The translations under genes and the position numbers were made by a program. From NCBI GenBank assembly GCA_965237805.1, contig OZ250153.1, positions 608,001 to 672,000 on the forward strand: DNA of 64,000 bases. Reading direction: 5' to 3'. Each line of letters starts with the position of its first letter. Position 1 is the stretch's first letter. Below the pieces are notes generated by a model that ran no database searches, was not told the DNA's origin, and saw nothing but the letters and a program-made list of their open reading frames with translations. This document shows, piece after piece, positions 39,903 through 50,162 of the stretch. Source of the DNA: Gammaproteobacteria bacterium. GTDB lineage: Bacteria > Pseudomonadota > Gammaproteobacteria > JABABF01.

Positions 39903-42732
39903 AGCGCCGTTCCTCGCCGGGGAGTTGCAGATTGCCAACACAGCGCCCGCATAACTCTGGATGAGCTGAATGATCGCCCACATCGTGGCAATGGTGCCAA
40001 CAACGAGTGCACTTGGGTGCCGCGCTGGGCATCACTTCGAGGGCGATGCCCGGCAGCTTGTCGACAGCCACCGCTGCTCCCAAGGGCTCCAGCTCAAGCT
40101 CGGAGACGATCAACAAGAAGCGCAGCTCGCCGCCCAGAGGCTCCAGCAGCTCCAACCAGCCGGGATCGGCGCGCAGGCGCACGGCAGCATCCAGCGAACC
40201 CCCCAAAGCGCCGTCGGCTCTCAGGCGCTCGATCGCACGGTTGACGACAGCGCGCAAGTCCATCAGACGCCCCCAGTCCTCGACGCCGAGCGGAGCATCC
40301 TCCGGCAGCGGTGCCAAGCCGTCATACCACTCCGCCAGCAACACCGACGGCTCGCGCCCAGCTGGCAGTGCTGGCAGATGCGCCCACGCCTCGTCGGCTG
40401 TAAAGCTGAGCACGGGTGCCAACCATCGCACCATCGCTTCGGCCACATGCCACAACGCCGTCTGCGCCGAATGCCGCAGACGAGAGCGAGCTGGCATGGT
40501 GTATTGACGATCCTTGATCATATCAAGATAGAAAGCCCCCAGTTCCACGACACTGAAATTATGCAAGAGTTGATAGACTTGGTGGAAATGGTAGGCCGCA
40601 TAATCGCCACGCAACTGCTCTTGCAAAATCCAAGCACGGTGTACGATCCAGCGATCCACGGCCAGCAGCTCGCCCAGCGGCAAGGCATCGCGTCCCGGCA
40701 CAAAGCCGTCGAGGTTGGCGAGTAGGAAGCGCAGCGTATTGCGCAGGCGTCGGTAGGCGTCGGAGACGCGCCGTAGCACCTCGTCGGAGATCGTCATCTC
40801 GCCGCGGTAGTCGGTGGCGGCCACCCACAGCCGCAGCACGTCGGCACCGAGTGTGTCGATCAGCTGCTGCGGGGCGATGACATTGCCCAGCGACTTCGAC
40901 ATCTTGCGCCCCTCGGCATCGACTGTGAAGCCGTGGGTCAGCACTTGGCGGTACGGCGGCTCGCCACGCAAAGCTATCGAAGTCAGCAGCGAGGACTGGA
41001 ACCAGCCGCGGTGCTGGTCAGATCCCTCCAAGTAGAGGTCGGCCGGGAAGGCTAATTCAGCGCGAGTCTCCAAGACGCAGGCGTGGGTAACGCCTGAGTC
41101 AAACCACACATCGAGGGTGTCGGTCACCTGCTCGTAATCGCCACACTCGACCTCGTCCAGCGCCGCCGCCCGCTCGGCCTCGTCCCAGGCCTCGATACCG
41201 CCGCGCTCAATGCGTTCGGCAGCGCGCTCGAGCAGCTCCGTGGTGCGCGGGTGTAGGCTACCGTCGGAGCGGTGCACATACAGCGGCATCGGCACCCCCC
41301 AAACGCGCTGACGCGACACGCACCAATCCGGGCGTCCATCGAGCATCGCCGCCATGCGTGCAGCACCGCTGTCCGGTGTCCAGCGCACCGTGTCCACCGC
41401 CGCCCGCGCTCGCTCCAACAGGCGCTCGTTATCCATGCCGATAAACCACTGGGGGGTGGTGCGGAACAGTAGCGGCGACTTGTGCCGCCAGCAGTGCGGA
41501 TAGCTGTTCTCGACCAGCTCGGCGGCCAGTAAGCTGCCGCGCTCGCGCAGCAGGGTCACCACCGCCGAGCTGGCCTCGGCCACCACCATGCCGCCGACAT
41601 GTGGCACATCCGCTGCGAAATAGCCATCGCCGTCGACCAGCTGATCCACTACGAGGTCGTGATGTCGGCTGAGCCGGTAGTCATCCATGCCGTGAGCCGG
41701 GGCGGTGTGTACCGCACCGGTGCCAACTTCTGCGGTGACATGCTCGCCGAGTATCAGCGGGACTTCGCGTGCGAGCCAAGGATGGCGCAGCGCCAGCCCC
41801 GCCAACGCCGCCCCCGGCACCGTCACCAGCACGCGATGGGCACTGGCACCGTAACGCGCCAACGCCGACGGTGCCAAGCTGGCTGCCAACAACAGCAACC
41901 GCATCTCGCCACCCAGCGTGGCGGAGATGAGTTGGTATTCCAACTGTGGATGCAAGGCGACAGCACGATTGGCTGGCAGGGTCCACGGCGTCGTCGTCCA
42001 AATCGGAACCGCGACCGACACCCCCGCCCCCCCCGCCCCACAGCGACTCAGTAACTCCTCCGCATCCACTGCCGCAAAGGGCACATCGATGGCCTCGGCG
42101 CTGTGCGGGGCGTACTCCACCTCGGCCTCGGCCAGCGCCGAGCGGCAATCGCAGCACCAATAGACCGGTTTCTCGCCGCGGAACAGATAGCCGCTGGCAG
42201 CGATGCGCCCCAAGGCACGCACGATGTCGGCCTCCACGGCGGGATCCATCGTCAAATAGGGATGCTGCCAATCAGCGACCACACCGAGGCGGCGAAATTC
42301 GATGCGTTGCAACTCCATCTGGCAACGGGCGTAGTCGCGGCAACGGTGACGAAAATCCCCCGCGCTGGCGGCAGCTTCCCCGACTGCTGTGGGGGCTCCC
42401 GCCCCGGCACGCTCCACCTCCAATTCCACCGGCAGGCCATGGCAGTCCCAGCCCGGCACATAGGGCGCATCAAGGCCGTCGAGACCCTTGGCTTTGACGA
42501 TGATGTCCTTGAGTATCTTGTTGACGGCATGGCCAATATGAATGGCACCGTTGGCATAGGGCGGGCCGTCGTGCAGCACGAAGCGCTCGCGCCCGGCGCG
42601 CGCCTCGCGCAGGCGCTGGTAGAGGCCGAGCGACTCCCAGTGCGCCAGCATCTCCGGCTCGCGTTCGGCTAATCGAGCGCGCATCGGAAAAGTGGTGCGC
42701 GGCAAGTTCAGCGTGTCGCGGTAGTCCGTCAC
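39895..42732 (-). CDS. ileS: Isoleucine--tRNA ligase
   Basis: [26 protein letters not shown]-terminal zinc finger. Confidence 0.98.
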   Translation of the reverse strand: MTDYRDTLNLPRTTFPMRARLAEREPEMLAHWESLGLYQRLREARAGRERFVLHDGPPYANGAIHIGHAVNKILKDIIVKAKGLDGLDAPYVPGWDCHGLPVELEVERAGAGAPTAVGEAAASAGDFRHRCRDYARCQMELQRIEFRRLGVVADWQHPYLTMDPAVEADIVRALGRIAASGYLFRGEKPVYWCCDCRSALAEAEVEYAPHSAEAIDVPFAAVDAEELLSRCGAGGAGVSVAVPIWTTTPWTLPANRAVALHPQLEYQLISATLGGEMRLLLLAASLAPSALARYGASAHRVLVTVPGAALAGLALRHPWLAREVPLILGEHVTAEVGTGAVHTAPAHGMDDYRLSRHHDLVVDQLVDGDGYFAADVPHVGGMVVAEASSAVVTLLRERGSLLAAELVENSYPHCWRHKSPLLFRTTPQWFIGMDNERLLERARAAVDTVRWTPDSGAARMAAMLDGRPDWCVSRQRVWGVPMPLYVHRSDGSLHPRTTELLERAAERIERGGIEAWDEAERAAALDEVECGDYEQVTDTLDVWFDSGVTHACVLETRAELAFPADLYLEGSDQHRGWFQSSLLTSIALRGEPPYRQVLTHGFTVDAEGRKMSKSLGNVIAPQQLIDTLGADVLRLWVAATDYRGEMTISDEVLRRVSDAYRRLRNTLRFLLANLDGFVPGRDALPLGELLAVDRWIVHRAWILQEQLRGDYAAYHFHQVYQLLHNFSVVELGAFYLDMIKDRQYTMPARSRLRHSAQTALWHVAEAMVRWLAPVLSFTADEAWAHLPALPAGREPSVLLAEWYDGLAPLPEDAPLGVEDWGRLMDLRAVVNRAIERLRADGALGGSLDAAVRLRADPGWLELLEPLGGELRFLLIVSELELEPLGAAVAVDKLPGIALEVMPSAAPKCTRCWHHCHDVGDHSAHPELCGRCVGNLQLPGEERRYV

Positions 42733-43670
42733 CGCCCGCCCCCATCGAAAAACTCGCGGCAGTGCCCGATGTCGGCGTGGATCTGCTCGCTGAGCGCCGC
42801 CAGCGATTGGAAGCGGTGCTCAGCGCGCAACCGTCGGCGAAACACCACTTCGATTTCGCGACCGTAGAGCGAGCCCTCATAGTCCAGCACATGCACCTCA
42901 AGCACCGGCACTTCCCGGTCGCCCAGCGTCGGACGCAGGCCGACATTGGCGACGCCTGGACGCAAGACGGTACCGTCGATGCCGCCGACTTCGACCGCGT
43001 AGACGCCAGCCAACGCCGCGCGGCGGCGTTGCAGCGACAAGTTGGCGGTGGGCACACCGAGCTCGGCACCCAAACGATGGCCATAGATCACTCGCCCGCG
43101 CATTGAATAGGGGCGTCCCATCAGGCGCTCGGCCAGCGCGAAGTCCTGCGCCTCAAGTGCTTCGCGCAGCCGCGTGCTACTGATACGCAGCTCGTCTAGC
43201 GGCACGGTATCGGTGCTGGAGACAGTGAAATTGTGGCGGCGGGCATAGTGGCGCAACAGCTCGATATCGCCACCCTGATCGTGCCCAAAGCGCAGATCGT
43301 CACCCACAACCATATGGCGCACCCCGAGTTTGCCGACAAAGACCCGCTCGATGAAATCACCGGCTTCAATGCGGCTGACGGCGGCGTTGAAGCGCACACA
43401 CAGCAGGCGATCTAATCCCAGCCGCGCCAAGACATGGCATTTCTCACGCAAGGTGGTGATCCGTGGCGGCGCGGCGTACGGCTTGAAAAACTCGCGCGGC
43501 AAGGGCTCCAGCGTCACCAACACAGTCGGTAGCGAACGCTCAGTGCCGATTTGAAAAAGATGCGACAACACGGCTTGATGACCCAAGTGTACGCCGTCAA
43601 AAGCACCGATGGTTGCCACACAGCTGCGGTGGCGAGATTCGAGTTTGGCAAGGCCGCCGATGAATTCCAT
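42729..43670 (-). CDS. ribF: Riboflavin kinase/FAD synthetase
   Basis: [33 protein letters not shown]. Confidence 0.97.
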   Translation of the reverse strand: MEFIGGLAKLESRHRSCVATIGAFDGVHLGHQAVLSHLFQIGTERSLPTVLVTLEPLPREFFKPYAAPPRITTLREKCHVLARLGLDRLLCVRFNAAVSRIEAGDFIERVFVGKLGVRHMVVGDDLRFGHDQGGDIELLRHYARRHNFTVSSTDTVPLDELRISSTRLREALEAQDFALAERLMGRPYSMRGRVIYGHRLGAELGVPTANLSLQRRRAALAGVYAVEVGGIDGTVLRPGVANVGLRPTLGDREVPVLEVHVLDYEGSLYGREIEVVFRRRLRAEHRFQSLAALSEQIHADIGHCREFFDGGGR

Positions 43671-43787
43671 TTGCACAGAGGCCGACTGGGATCGACCCGC
43701 AACAACACACCCCGACTGAAATTATAAGTGGCGCGGCCACCAACTGCCGTATCCAGACAGCCCGTGTACGGCGCTCGCACCGTTCGT

Positions 43788-45404
43788 TCAGCCCTTGACC
43801 GTGCCACCGTGCCAATCGCTAAGGCGCTCACCGCCAAGCCACAGCGCGGCGAGATAGCTGAGCAGACCCACCGAGCAGCTGAGCACTAACCACAGTCCCC
43901 GCCGCAGGCTGTCGAGCGCAGCCCAGTCAATGTCTGACACCATACTGATGGTGGCCAGCACCAACAGCATCGCCGCCGTCGCTGGCAACGCACGCAAAGC
44001 ACGACGGCCATAGCGAGCCAAGGGTAGTTCGCACAAATCGACACGGCGCAGTGCCCAGATGAGCCAAAGCGCATGTAGCCAAGCGATGACGCTGCCACCG
44101 ACCATAAATCCTAGATAGCCGATACCGCTGCGGCGCTCTAGCCACACCACCAGCGCCACCTTCAACAGCAGCGCCACCGGCAACAACAGCAAGCCGATGC
44201 GCAACGGCGTGCGCGTGTCGCCAGCACCGAGAAAGGCACCGTTGAGGATGGCCGCCAGCACCAGCGCTGGCACGCCAAACGATGCCGCCACCAAAGCCAG
44301 GCCAATGGCGGTGGCATCAGCTGGGCTGAAGCGCCCGTACTGGAACAGCGTGAAGGTGACCGGCTCGGCCAACCAACAAAGCGCGGCGGCGGCTGGCAGG
44401 CCGAGCAACCAAGCTGCCAGCAGGGTGCGTAGTAGCACATCGCCATAGCTGTAGCGATCACCGCGGGTGTGGTAGCGGGCCAATTCCGGCAACACCACCA
44501 CCGACAGGGCAACGCCGATCAGCCCCGGAGCCAGCACAGCTAGCCGGGTGGCGTAGCTGATCCACGACAGACCACCGGTCGGCAGAAAGGAGGCGATGAC
44601 ATTGTTCAGTGGGATCTGCATCTGCAACAACAGCACGGTCAACAGAGCCGGGGCGGCGATGCGCAATGTGCGGCTAGTCTCGCCGACGGGCGGGGCGGCG
44701 AGACGCGGCAACAAGGCACTGCGCTGGAGGAACAGCAGCTGCACCGCCAGCTGTAGCAGTCCGGCCAGTGGCACGGCCCAAGCCAATAGGGCGATATCCG
44801 GCACATCGCCACCAGTGGTGGCAGCCAGCAGTACTGCGATGAAGCCGATGTTGAACAGCAAGGCGGCACTGGCTGGCGGCAAAAAAGAGCGACAGGCGTT
44901 CTGCGCTGCTGCGGCCAAGCCGAGCATCAGCAGCGGCCACAGATAGAGCATCGTGCCCTGCAACAGCGGTGCGGCCATCGCCATACGCTCTGGGTCGTCG
45001 ACAAAGCCGGGTGCGAAGAGACGCACGAGGCCCGTGCCGAAAGCGGCACCCAGCAGGCTGAGCGGCAACAAGGCCAAACCCCACAGCGCCAAGCGACCGA
45101 ACAGGGCGCGCATCTGCACCGTGCCGAAAGCGGTGCGCAAGCGGGTGAAGGAGGCGACGAGGCTCTGCGCTAAATTGCCTTCGAGGAAGGTGCCACGCAG
45201 CATTTGTGCCAGCGAAAGACTGAGAAACAGGGCGTCGCTAAGGGCACTGACACCGAGCAGTACGGCAAGCAGCACATCGCGCAACAGACCAAGTACGCGC
45301 GAGAGCCCGTACAGCAGTCCGACCGAGACGCTGGCGCGGAAGAAAGTACCACCCGACGAGGGGACGTCATCCACCGCTGAGGCAGGAGTCGCAGGGATAG
45401 ACAT
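43788..45404 (-). CDS. murJ: Lipid II flippase MurJ
   Basis: SRVLGLLRD, FLEG, FAPGF, SWISYATRL, LFQYGRFS, DTRTP; upstream of ribF. Confidence 0.92.
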   Translation of the reverse strand: MSIPATPASAVDDVPSSGGTFFRASVSVGLLYGLSRVLGLLRDVLLAVLLGVSALSDALFLSLSLAQMLRGTFLEGNLAQSLVASFTRLRTAFGTVQMRALFGRLALWGLALLPLSLLGAAFGTGLVRLFAPGFVDDPERMAMAAPLLQGTMLYLWPLLMLGLAAAAQNACRSFLPPASAALLFNIGFIAVLLAATTGGDVPDIALLAWAVPLAGLLQLAVQLLFLQRSALLPRLAAPPVGETSRTLRIAAPALLTVLLLQMQIPLNNVIASFLPTGGLSWISYATRLAVLAPGLIGVALSVVVLPELARYHTRGDRYSYGDVLLRTLLAAWLLGLPAAAALCWLAEPVTFTLFQYGRFSPADATAIGLALVAASFGVPALVLAAILNGAFLGAGDTRTPLRIGLLLLPVALLLKVALVVWLERRSGIGYLGFMVGGSVIAWLHALWLIWALRRVDLCELPLARYGRRALRALPATAAMLLVLATISMVSDIDWAALDSLRRGLWLVLSCSVGLLSYLAALWLGGERLSDWHGGTVKG

Positions 45405-45463
45405 CGCAGATGGCGGGGGCTTGCCGCTATCAATACCCACGCCCGCCGCTCGCCGCAGCCGCG

Positions 45464-46480
45464 CTAGGAGGAACGGCGCACAGTGCGCCAGCGCGGCGCA
45501 AAAGAGTACGCATCAAATTCGTCGACCACATCCAGCACCAGCGCGAACAGCGCCATGCGCACCAAGAGACCATTCTCGGCTTGACGGAAGATGGCCAAAT
45601 TGGGATGTTCATTGAGGTCTTGATCCACTTCGCCACGACCGCGGCGGGAATCCCTAGGCAGGGGGTGCATGATGACCGTATTTGGCTGGCAGTGCGCGGT
45701 GTAGGTCGGCTGGTCCAGATGGTAGAGGTCTTGGTACTGTGCGGCCTCGCGCGGATCGTCGAAGCGCTCCTCTTGGATACGCGTGGCATAGATGATGTCC
45801 ACATCGCGGATGTGCGCTGGCATATCGGTCGACACCACAACTTCTAGGCCAGCACCGCGTAGCTGCTCGACCAGCTCCGGCGGGGCGGCCAAGCTGCGCG
45901 GCGAGACCAGCCGCACCGAGCTGCCAGCAAAGCAAGCCAACAGCTTGCATAGCGAGTGCACCGCACGGCCATAGCGCAGGTCGCCGACCAAGGTAATGCG
46001 CAGCTGATCCATGTTGCGCGACAGGCGGCGCTGCTCGCGGCTGATGGTGTAGAGATCGAGCAAGGCTTGGCTCGGATGCTCGTTGCTCCCGTCTCCGGCG
46101 TTGATGACCGGCACGCGGCTGGCCGAGGAGAACTCGACGGCCGAGCCGACTTCCGGATGGCGCAGCACGATGACATCACTGTAGCCACTCATGACCCGCG
46201 CCGTATCGTAGAGCGACTCGCCCTTGGCGACCGAAGTGTGCTCAAAACCCGTGGTCTCGCGCACAGCGCCACCGAGCAGGTTGAAAGCACAACCGAAACT
46301 GACACGGGTGCGTGTACTGGGCTCAAAGAACATATTGCCGAGAATCGCCCCGCGCAACACATCGGTGCAACGCTCGCGACGAGCATAGGGGGCAAGGCGG
46401 TCGGCGACAGCGAACAAGCGCTCCACATCTGTGCGCTCGAACTGGTCGATGGAGAGGAAGTGGGTGCCAGCGAAGTCCAT
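45464..46480 (-). CDS. pyrB: Aspartate carbamoyltransferase catalytic subunit
   Basis: FFEPSTRTRVSF, KGESLYDT, NAGDG.NEHPSQ, MHPLPR. Confidence 0.96.
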   Translation of the reverse strand: MDFAGTHFLSIDQFERTDVERLFAVADRLAPYARRERCTDVLRGAILGNMFFEPSTRTRVSFGCAFNLLGGAVRETTGFEHTSVAKGESLYDTARVMSGYSDVIVLRHPEVGSAVEFSSASRVPVINAGDGSNEHPSQALLDLYTISREQRRLSRNMDQLRITLVGDLRYGRAVHSLCKLLACFAGSSVRLVSPRSLAAPPELVEQLRGAGLEVVVSTDMPAHIRDVDIIYATRIQEERFDDPREAAQYQDLYHLDQPTYTAHCQPNTVIMHPLPRDSRRGRGEVDQDLNEHPNLAIFRQAENGLLVRMALFALVLDVVDEFDAYSFAPRWRTVRRSS

Positions 46481-46596
46481 ATCAGGAGCTTATTGTAGGG
46501 AGTGGGGCGGAGTTGATGGCGCAGACAAGCTGCCACAGGCAAGTGCCGCAGCTCCGATCCAGCCCCTAAGGCGCAAGACAGCAGGGAAGTGGCATG

Positions 46597-46761
46597 CTAC
46601 TCAGTTCCGACTTGGACAATGATCGGATGTTCCAAGCGCTCAGCGCTGGAGAGACCAGACAGGTGTTTTCCCAAGTAACCAGCAATGAGATAGGTGGCGA
46701 AAATCGCCGCAATGAGCACATATAAGTAGTACAGGAATTTAGCCAAGTTGCACCAGCTCAT
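46597..46761 (-). CDS. Putative 54-aa single-pass membrane protein (below the ORF-track cutoff)
   Basis: MSWCNLAKFLYYLYVLIAAIFATYLIAGYLGKHLSGLSSAERLEHPIIVQVGTE*; one hydrophobic helix, weak SD. Confidence 0.45.
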   Translation of the reverse strand: MSWCNLAKFLYYLYVLIAAIFATYLIAGYLGKHLSGLSSAERLEHPIIVQVGTE

Positions 46762-46997
46762 CGCAACGCCCTAGGGTCACGAGAACATCTACCAAGCAGT
46801 TGTCAATCGGTTCATTGTACAAGTGGTCGGCACGACAACCTAGACGCTGACAGCTGCCAGTGTCATGATGGCTCCGTCGGCTTGACTGGCTGGTGGCGAA
46901 AAGGTATAACGAGCTCCATCAAATTGCTGTGACAGGGGCAACATGCAACCGTCATGCAACCAGAGTGCGATGCAACAGTCGATCAGGAGGACACACC

Positions 46998-47210
46998 ATG
47001 GCTTACCGAGAGTACAAAGTTTTGCATGTCATTGAAGGTGGACTCGGCACCGTCTTCTTAGGCGCTTCTGGCGTGCCGATCAAAAAAATGGAGGCATCCC
47101 TCAACAAGGAGGCTGCAGACGGCTGGACCGTGGTGTTTCAAGTGATTGAGCAAAAACGTTTCCTGTTGTTCTGGACGCGTGAAGCCGTGATCATCACCTT
47201 GGGGCGCTAG
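46998..47210 (+). CDS. DUF4177-like small protein
   Basis: EYKV..LNKEAADGWTVV pattern; AGGAGG SD 7 nt before ATG. Confidence 0.8.
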   Translation: MAYREYKVLHVIEGGLGTVFLGASGVPIKKMEASLNKEAADGWTVVFQVIEQKRFLLFWTREAVIITLGR

Positions 47211-47269
47211 CCGGGCTAGGGTGGGGAGTCCCAATCGGCAACTACGCACTATGAGGATCTGAAGACGGC

Positions 47270-47701
47270 ATGTCCCAAGCAACAGCACAGGCTGAAGAAA
47301 GGCGTATTCGCGAGCTGATCAACTGCTTGCCAGACGAACAGCGGCTTGCGATCTACACGGAAATAGAAAAACAGATCAAAGATCCAGACACCTACGCCGC
47401 CCTCAACTTTCTATTCATCGCCGGCCTACATCATTTCTATCTGGGCAAGTGGCGGCGCGGACTCATCAACCTAGCTATCTTTTGGGTGGGCTTGGCGATA
47501 TTGATCATCGATGTATTCGGAATCTATGTGCCGATGATGGATTGGAGTCGCCTACTCCTCTCGTTGAGTAGTTGGCAGCTCGGCTTGGGACTACTGGTTG
47601 GGATTAGTATCCTCGAACTGTACGAACTGTTCAGGTCGCAGGGCATCGTCCAAGATTACAACAATCAAGTGATGGCCGCCATTTACCAAGAGACAGTTTA
47701 G
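47270..47701 (+). CDS. TM2 domain membrane protein
   Basis: KDPDTY..GLHHFYLGKW.RG followed by TM helices. Confidence 0.82.
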   Translation: MSQATAQAEERRIRELINCLPDEQRLAIYTEIEKQIKDPDTYAALNFLFIAGLHHFYLGKWRRGLINLAIFWVGLAILIIDVFGIYVPMMDWSRLLLSLSSWQLGLGLLVGISILELYELFRSQGIVQDYNNQVMAAIYQETV

Positions 47702-47709
47702 CGGCAACG

Positions 47710-48273
47710 CTACAACGTGGATACTCCCCCACACAAAGCAACCCCGACCCGCTGATACTCCGCCAAGCTGCTGGCAATTTGTTCCGAGGAGATCGCTCGA
47801 ATCAGCTCTGGAATCGCCACCGTCGGTACGCCGTTTTTCACGCTGTCGAAACAGGTGGCTTTGACGCAATATTCCAAGGCGATGCCCGCCACATAGATCG
47901 TGCCACCGCAACGCTGTGCCAATTCCACCATCACGGGATTTTCATACGGCGAATAGCCATCCGTATCGTCAATTCCTTTATGGATGACGATGGCATCAGC
48001 CGTGACATAGAGGTCTTTATGCAACTCAGCCCCCATCGTGTTTTGCACGCAGTGAGCAGGCCAGATCCCACCATATGCCTTAAACGATGGGTGCTCAGCC
48101 CGATGCCAATCTTTGGTATACACAATGACCCAGCCACGGCGCTGCACCATATCGATGGTGGTATTGAGTGCCGGAATCAAAGTTTCGGTGTCGTCAACTG
48201 CCAGTGCGCCACCAGTGCAGAAATCATGCTGCACATCCACCACGACAAATAGATTGCGGGGATCAGCTGTCAT
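47710..48273 (-). CDS. pncA: Nicotinamidase/pyrazinamidase (isochorismatase family)
   Basis: VVDVQHDFC.GGAL.V, TKDWH, WPAHCVQ.T.GAE, HKG, GIALEYCV. Confidence 0.85.
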   Translation of the reverse strand: MTADPRNLFVVVDVQHDFCTGGALAVDDTETLIPALNTTIDMVQRRGWVIVYTKDWHRAEHPSFKAYGGIWPAHCVQNTMGAELHKDLYVTADAIVIHKGIDDTDGYSPYENPVMVELAQRCGGTIYVAGIALEYCVKATCFDSVKNGVPTVAIPELIRAISSEQIASSLAEYQRVGVALCGGVSTL

Positions 48274-49702
48274 CGGCCTTCGTCCCCAAATAGATTGCTG
48301 TGGCAATCGATGACACGATGATGAGCAAGATCAGATCGAGGTTGATCCCCAGCACACTAGCTGGCAGAGCCTCAAGTAGTATCAGTATAAAAGCCAACAA
48401 GGCAGAGGAGACTACGAAGGGTAGTAGGGCACCCAAGTGACGACCGGAACCCCCTAACCGCTTCACCGACACTCCCTTATGCGCCAAGGCGATGGGCAGC
48501 ACGATCATCGGTGTCAACAAGGCCGTCCCAACGAAGCTCAGGCGAGCCAATAGCACCAATTCTGTTGTGGTGACGGTTGAAAGCGCAAATACGCACAGAG
48601 CGAAAAAGATCGTCGTCAATCCAACTGCCGACGGATGTTTTTTCTCTGTCCGAACACTGCCAAACTCAGTGCCCAATGCAAAGATCTGTGAATCTGCCGT
48701 GGACATGGCCGCCGCGATCACTCCCAAAGTCGTCAATCCAGCCACGATAGGCGTGTGGTTCTCTACGATTACCGCGTTCCAAAAGTCCACGGAGGACGCA
48801 TCCGACAAGAAAACCGATCCATAGTTTCCAATAATCATCGTGGGGAAAATAGCCGCAAACACGAAAGATCCCATCGCGATAGCCAGCCACCGCAGGGCGC
48901 GATCATCTTTGAGGATCGCGATCCTCACCGTCAGTTGTGGCTGAGAAATCGGCATGCAGATAATCGCCAAAAATGCTGACAACAAAAATTGTACTGTCAG
49001 CACTCCTTCAGGACCAGGCGCACAGAGCAATGTTGGATCTGCTGCGTACACTTGTTCAAAGACAACCGCCAAATCACTCCCCAGAAAACGATAGCTCGTA
49101 AGAGCCACTATCCATAGCGCAAGGAGTAGCAGTACCCCCTGCACGGCATCGCTATAGATGATCGCTTTCAAACCGCCAACGACTGAATACAGCAATAGGA
49201 TGGATAATATCGACACACTCCACATGGTGGAGGACATGCTCAGTGGGGCAACCTCTGACATGAATAACGAAAGGGCACGGATTTGAATGGTGGCATAAGG
49301 CACGAGAAAAATGAAGATCCCGATCAGATACACCCACATACCAAAGGAAGAACCGTAGGCTGATTTCAATAATAGCGCGACACTGCGAAAACCACCTTGT
49401 CGTATATATTTGCGAAAATAGAGGCCAAACCAGAGTGTCACAAAAGCCAAGGCTATATCAGTCAAACCAAAAAATATCCATGCTGCAACACCATGAACTC
49501 TGAAGAAATCAGGCATCCCCATAAATGTAAAAGTGCTCAACAAAGTGGCACCAAATGTCAGCGTCCCAAGGAAGGGCCCCAGTTGCGAACCAGCTGTTAG
49601 ATAGTCATTCGGTGCTTCAAGATTTGACCGATAAGCACGAAGAGCAATGTACCCCAGCACCCCTAAATAGACCGAACTAGGGACTAACACCCATAAAATC
49701 AT
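48263..49702 (-). CDS. Sodium:solute symporter family transporter
   Basis: ATLLSTFTFMG.P, YS.VGGLKAIIYSDAVQG, AAAMSTADSQ; polytopic membrane protein. Confidence 0.92.
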   Translation of the reverse strand: MILWVLVPSSVYLGVLGYIALRAYRSNLEAPNDYLTAGSQLGPFLGTLTFGATLLSTFTFMGMPDFFRVHGVAAWIFFGLTDIALAFVTLWFGLYFRKYIRQGGFRSVALLLKSAYGSSFGMWVYLIGIFIFLVPYATIQIRALSLFMSEVAPLSMSSTMWSVSILSILLLYSVVGGLKAIIYSDAVQGVLLLLALWIVALTSYRFLGSDLAVVFEQVYAADPTLLCAPGPEGVLTVQFLLSAFLAIICMPISQPQLTVRIAILKDDRALRWLAIAMGSFVFAAIFPTMIIGNYGSVFLSDASSVDFWNAVIVENHTPIVAGLTTLGVIAAAMSTADSQIFALGTEFGSVRTEKKHPSAVGLTTIFFALCVFALSTVTTTELVLLARLSFVGTALLTPMIVLPIALAHKGVSVKRLGGSGRHLGALLPFVVSSALLAFILILLEALPASVLGINLDLILLIIVSSIATAIYLGTKADDS

Positions 49703-49707
49703 GGCCG

Positions 49708-49932
49708 TTACTCGCTGTCGTTTTCAGCGCACTCGCCATCAGCGAAATGGCGTGCCGATGACACCGCGCCCAAGGCAATTAAAATCAGCAGTAGCAGCGA
49801 GATGGCAAGACCTACCCACAAGGTGTAGGGAAGCCCCCTCCAATAGGGCTCGCTCTCAGCAAAGGGGAGTACCAGCGGTGTGAATACTAGACCACAGATG
49901 AGCACAAACAGGAAACGAACTAGAGTCCACAT
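49708..49932 (-). CDS. Small 2-TM protein, probable SSS accessory subunit
   Basis: Two hydrophobic helices separated by EPYWRGLPYTLW; 5 nt upstream of the SSS start. Confidence 0.7.
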   Translation of the reverse strand: MWTLVRFLFVLICGLVFTPLVLPFAESEPYWRGLPYTLWVGLAISLLLLILIALGAVSSARHFADGECAENDSE

Positions 49933-50055
49933 GCTGAAATATCGTAACCGGCTTAAACAGCTACTAGAAGCACTAGGAGAGTACAATCAATTTCCATCTG
50001 TATGGACTCTGATGTCGTTGAATGCCGAATATATTGAACATTCCATGGCCTTGTA

Positions 50056-50085
50056 ATCTTAACAAAGATGCTTTCTATATGTCAA
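50056..50085 (-). promoter_or_regulatory. Sigma70 promoter of the SSS-pncA operon
   Basis: TTGACA-N18-TAAGAT with TG extended -10. Confidence 0.7.
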
Positions 50086-50162
50086 GCGATCGCGTCACCG
50101 TGTGCTGAGATTAAGGGTGATGCTAGGCGCGAGCTTGATCCGACACCAGAATCGTAGGGACA

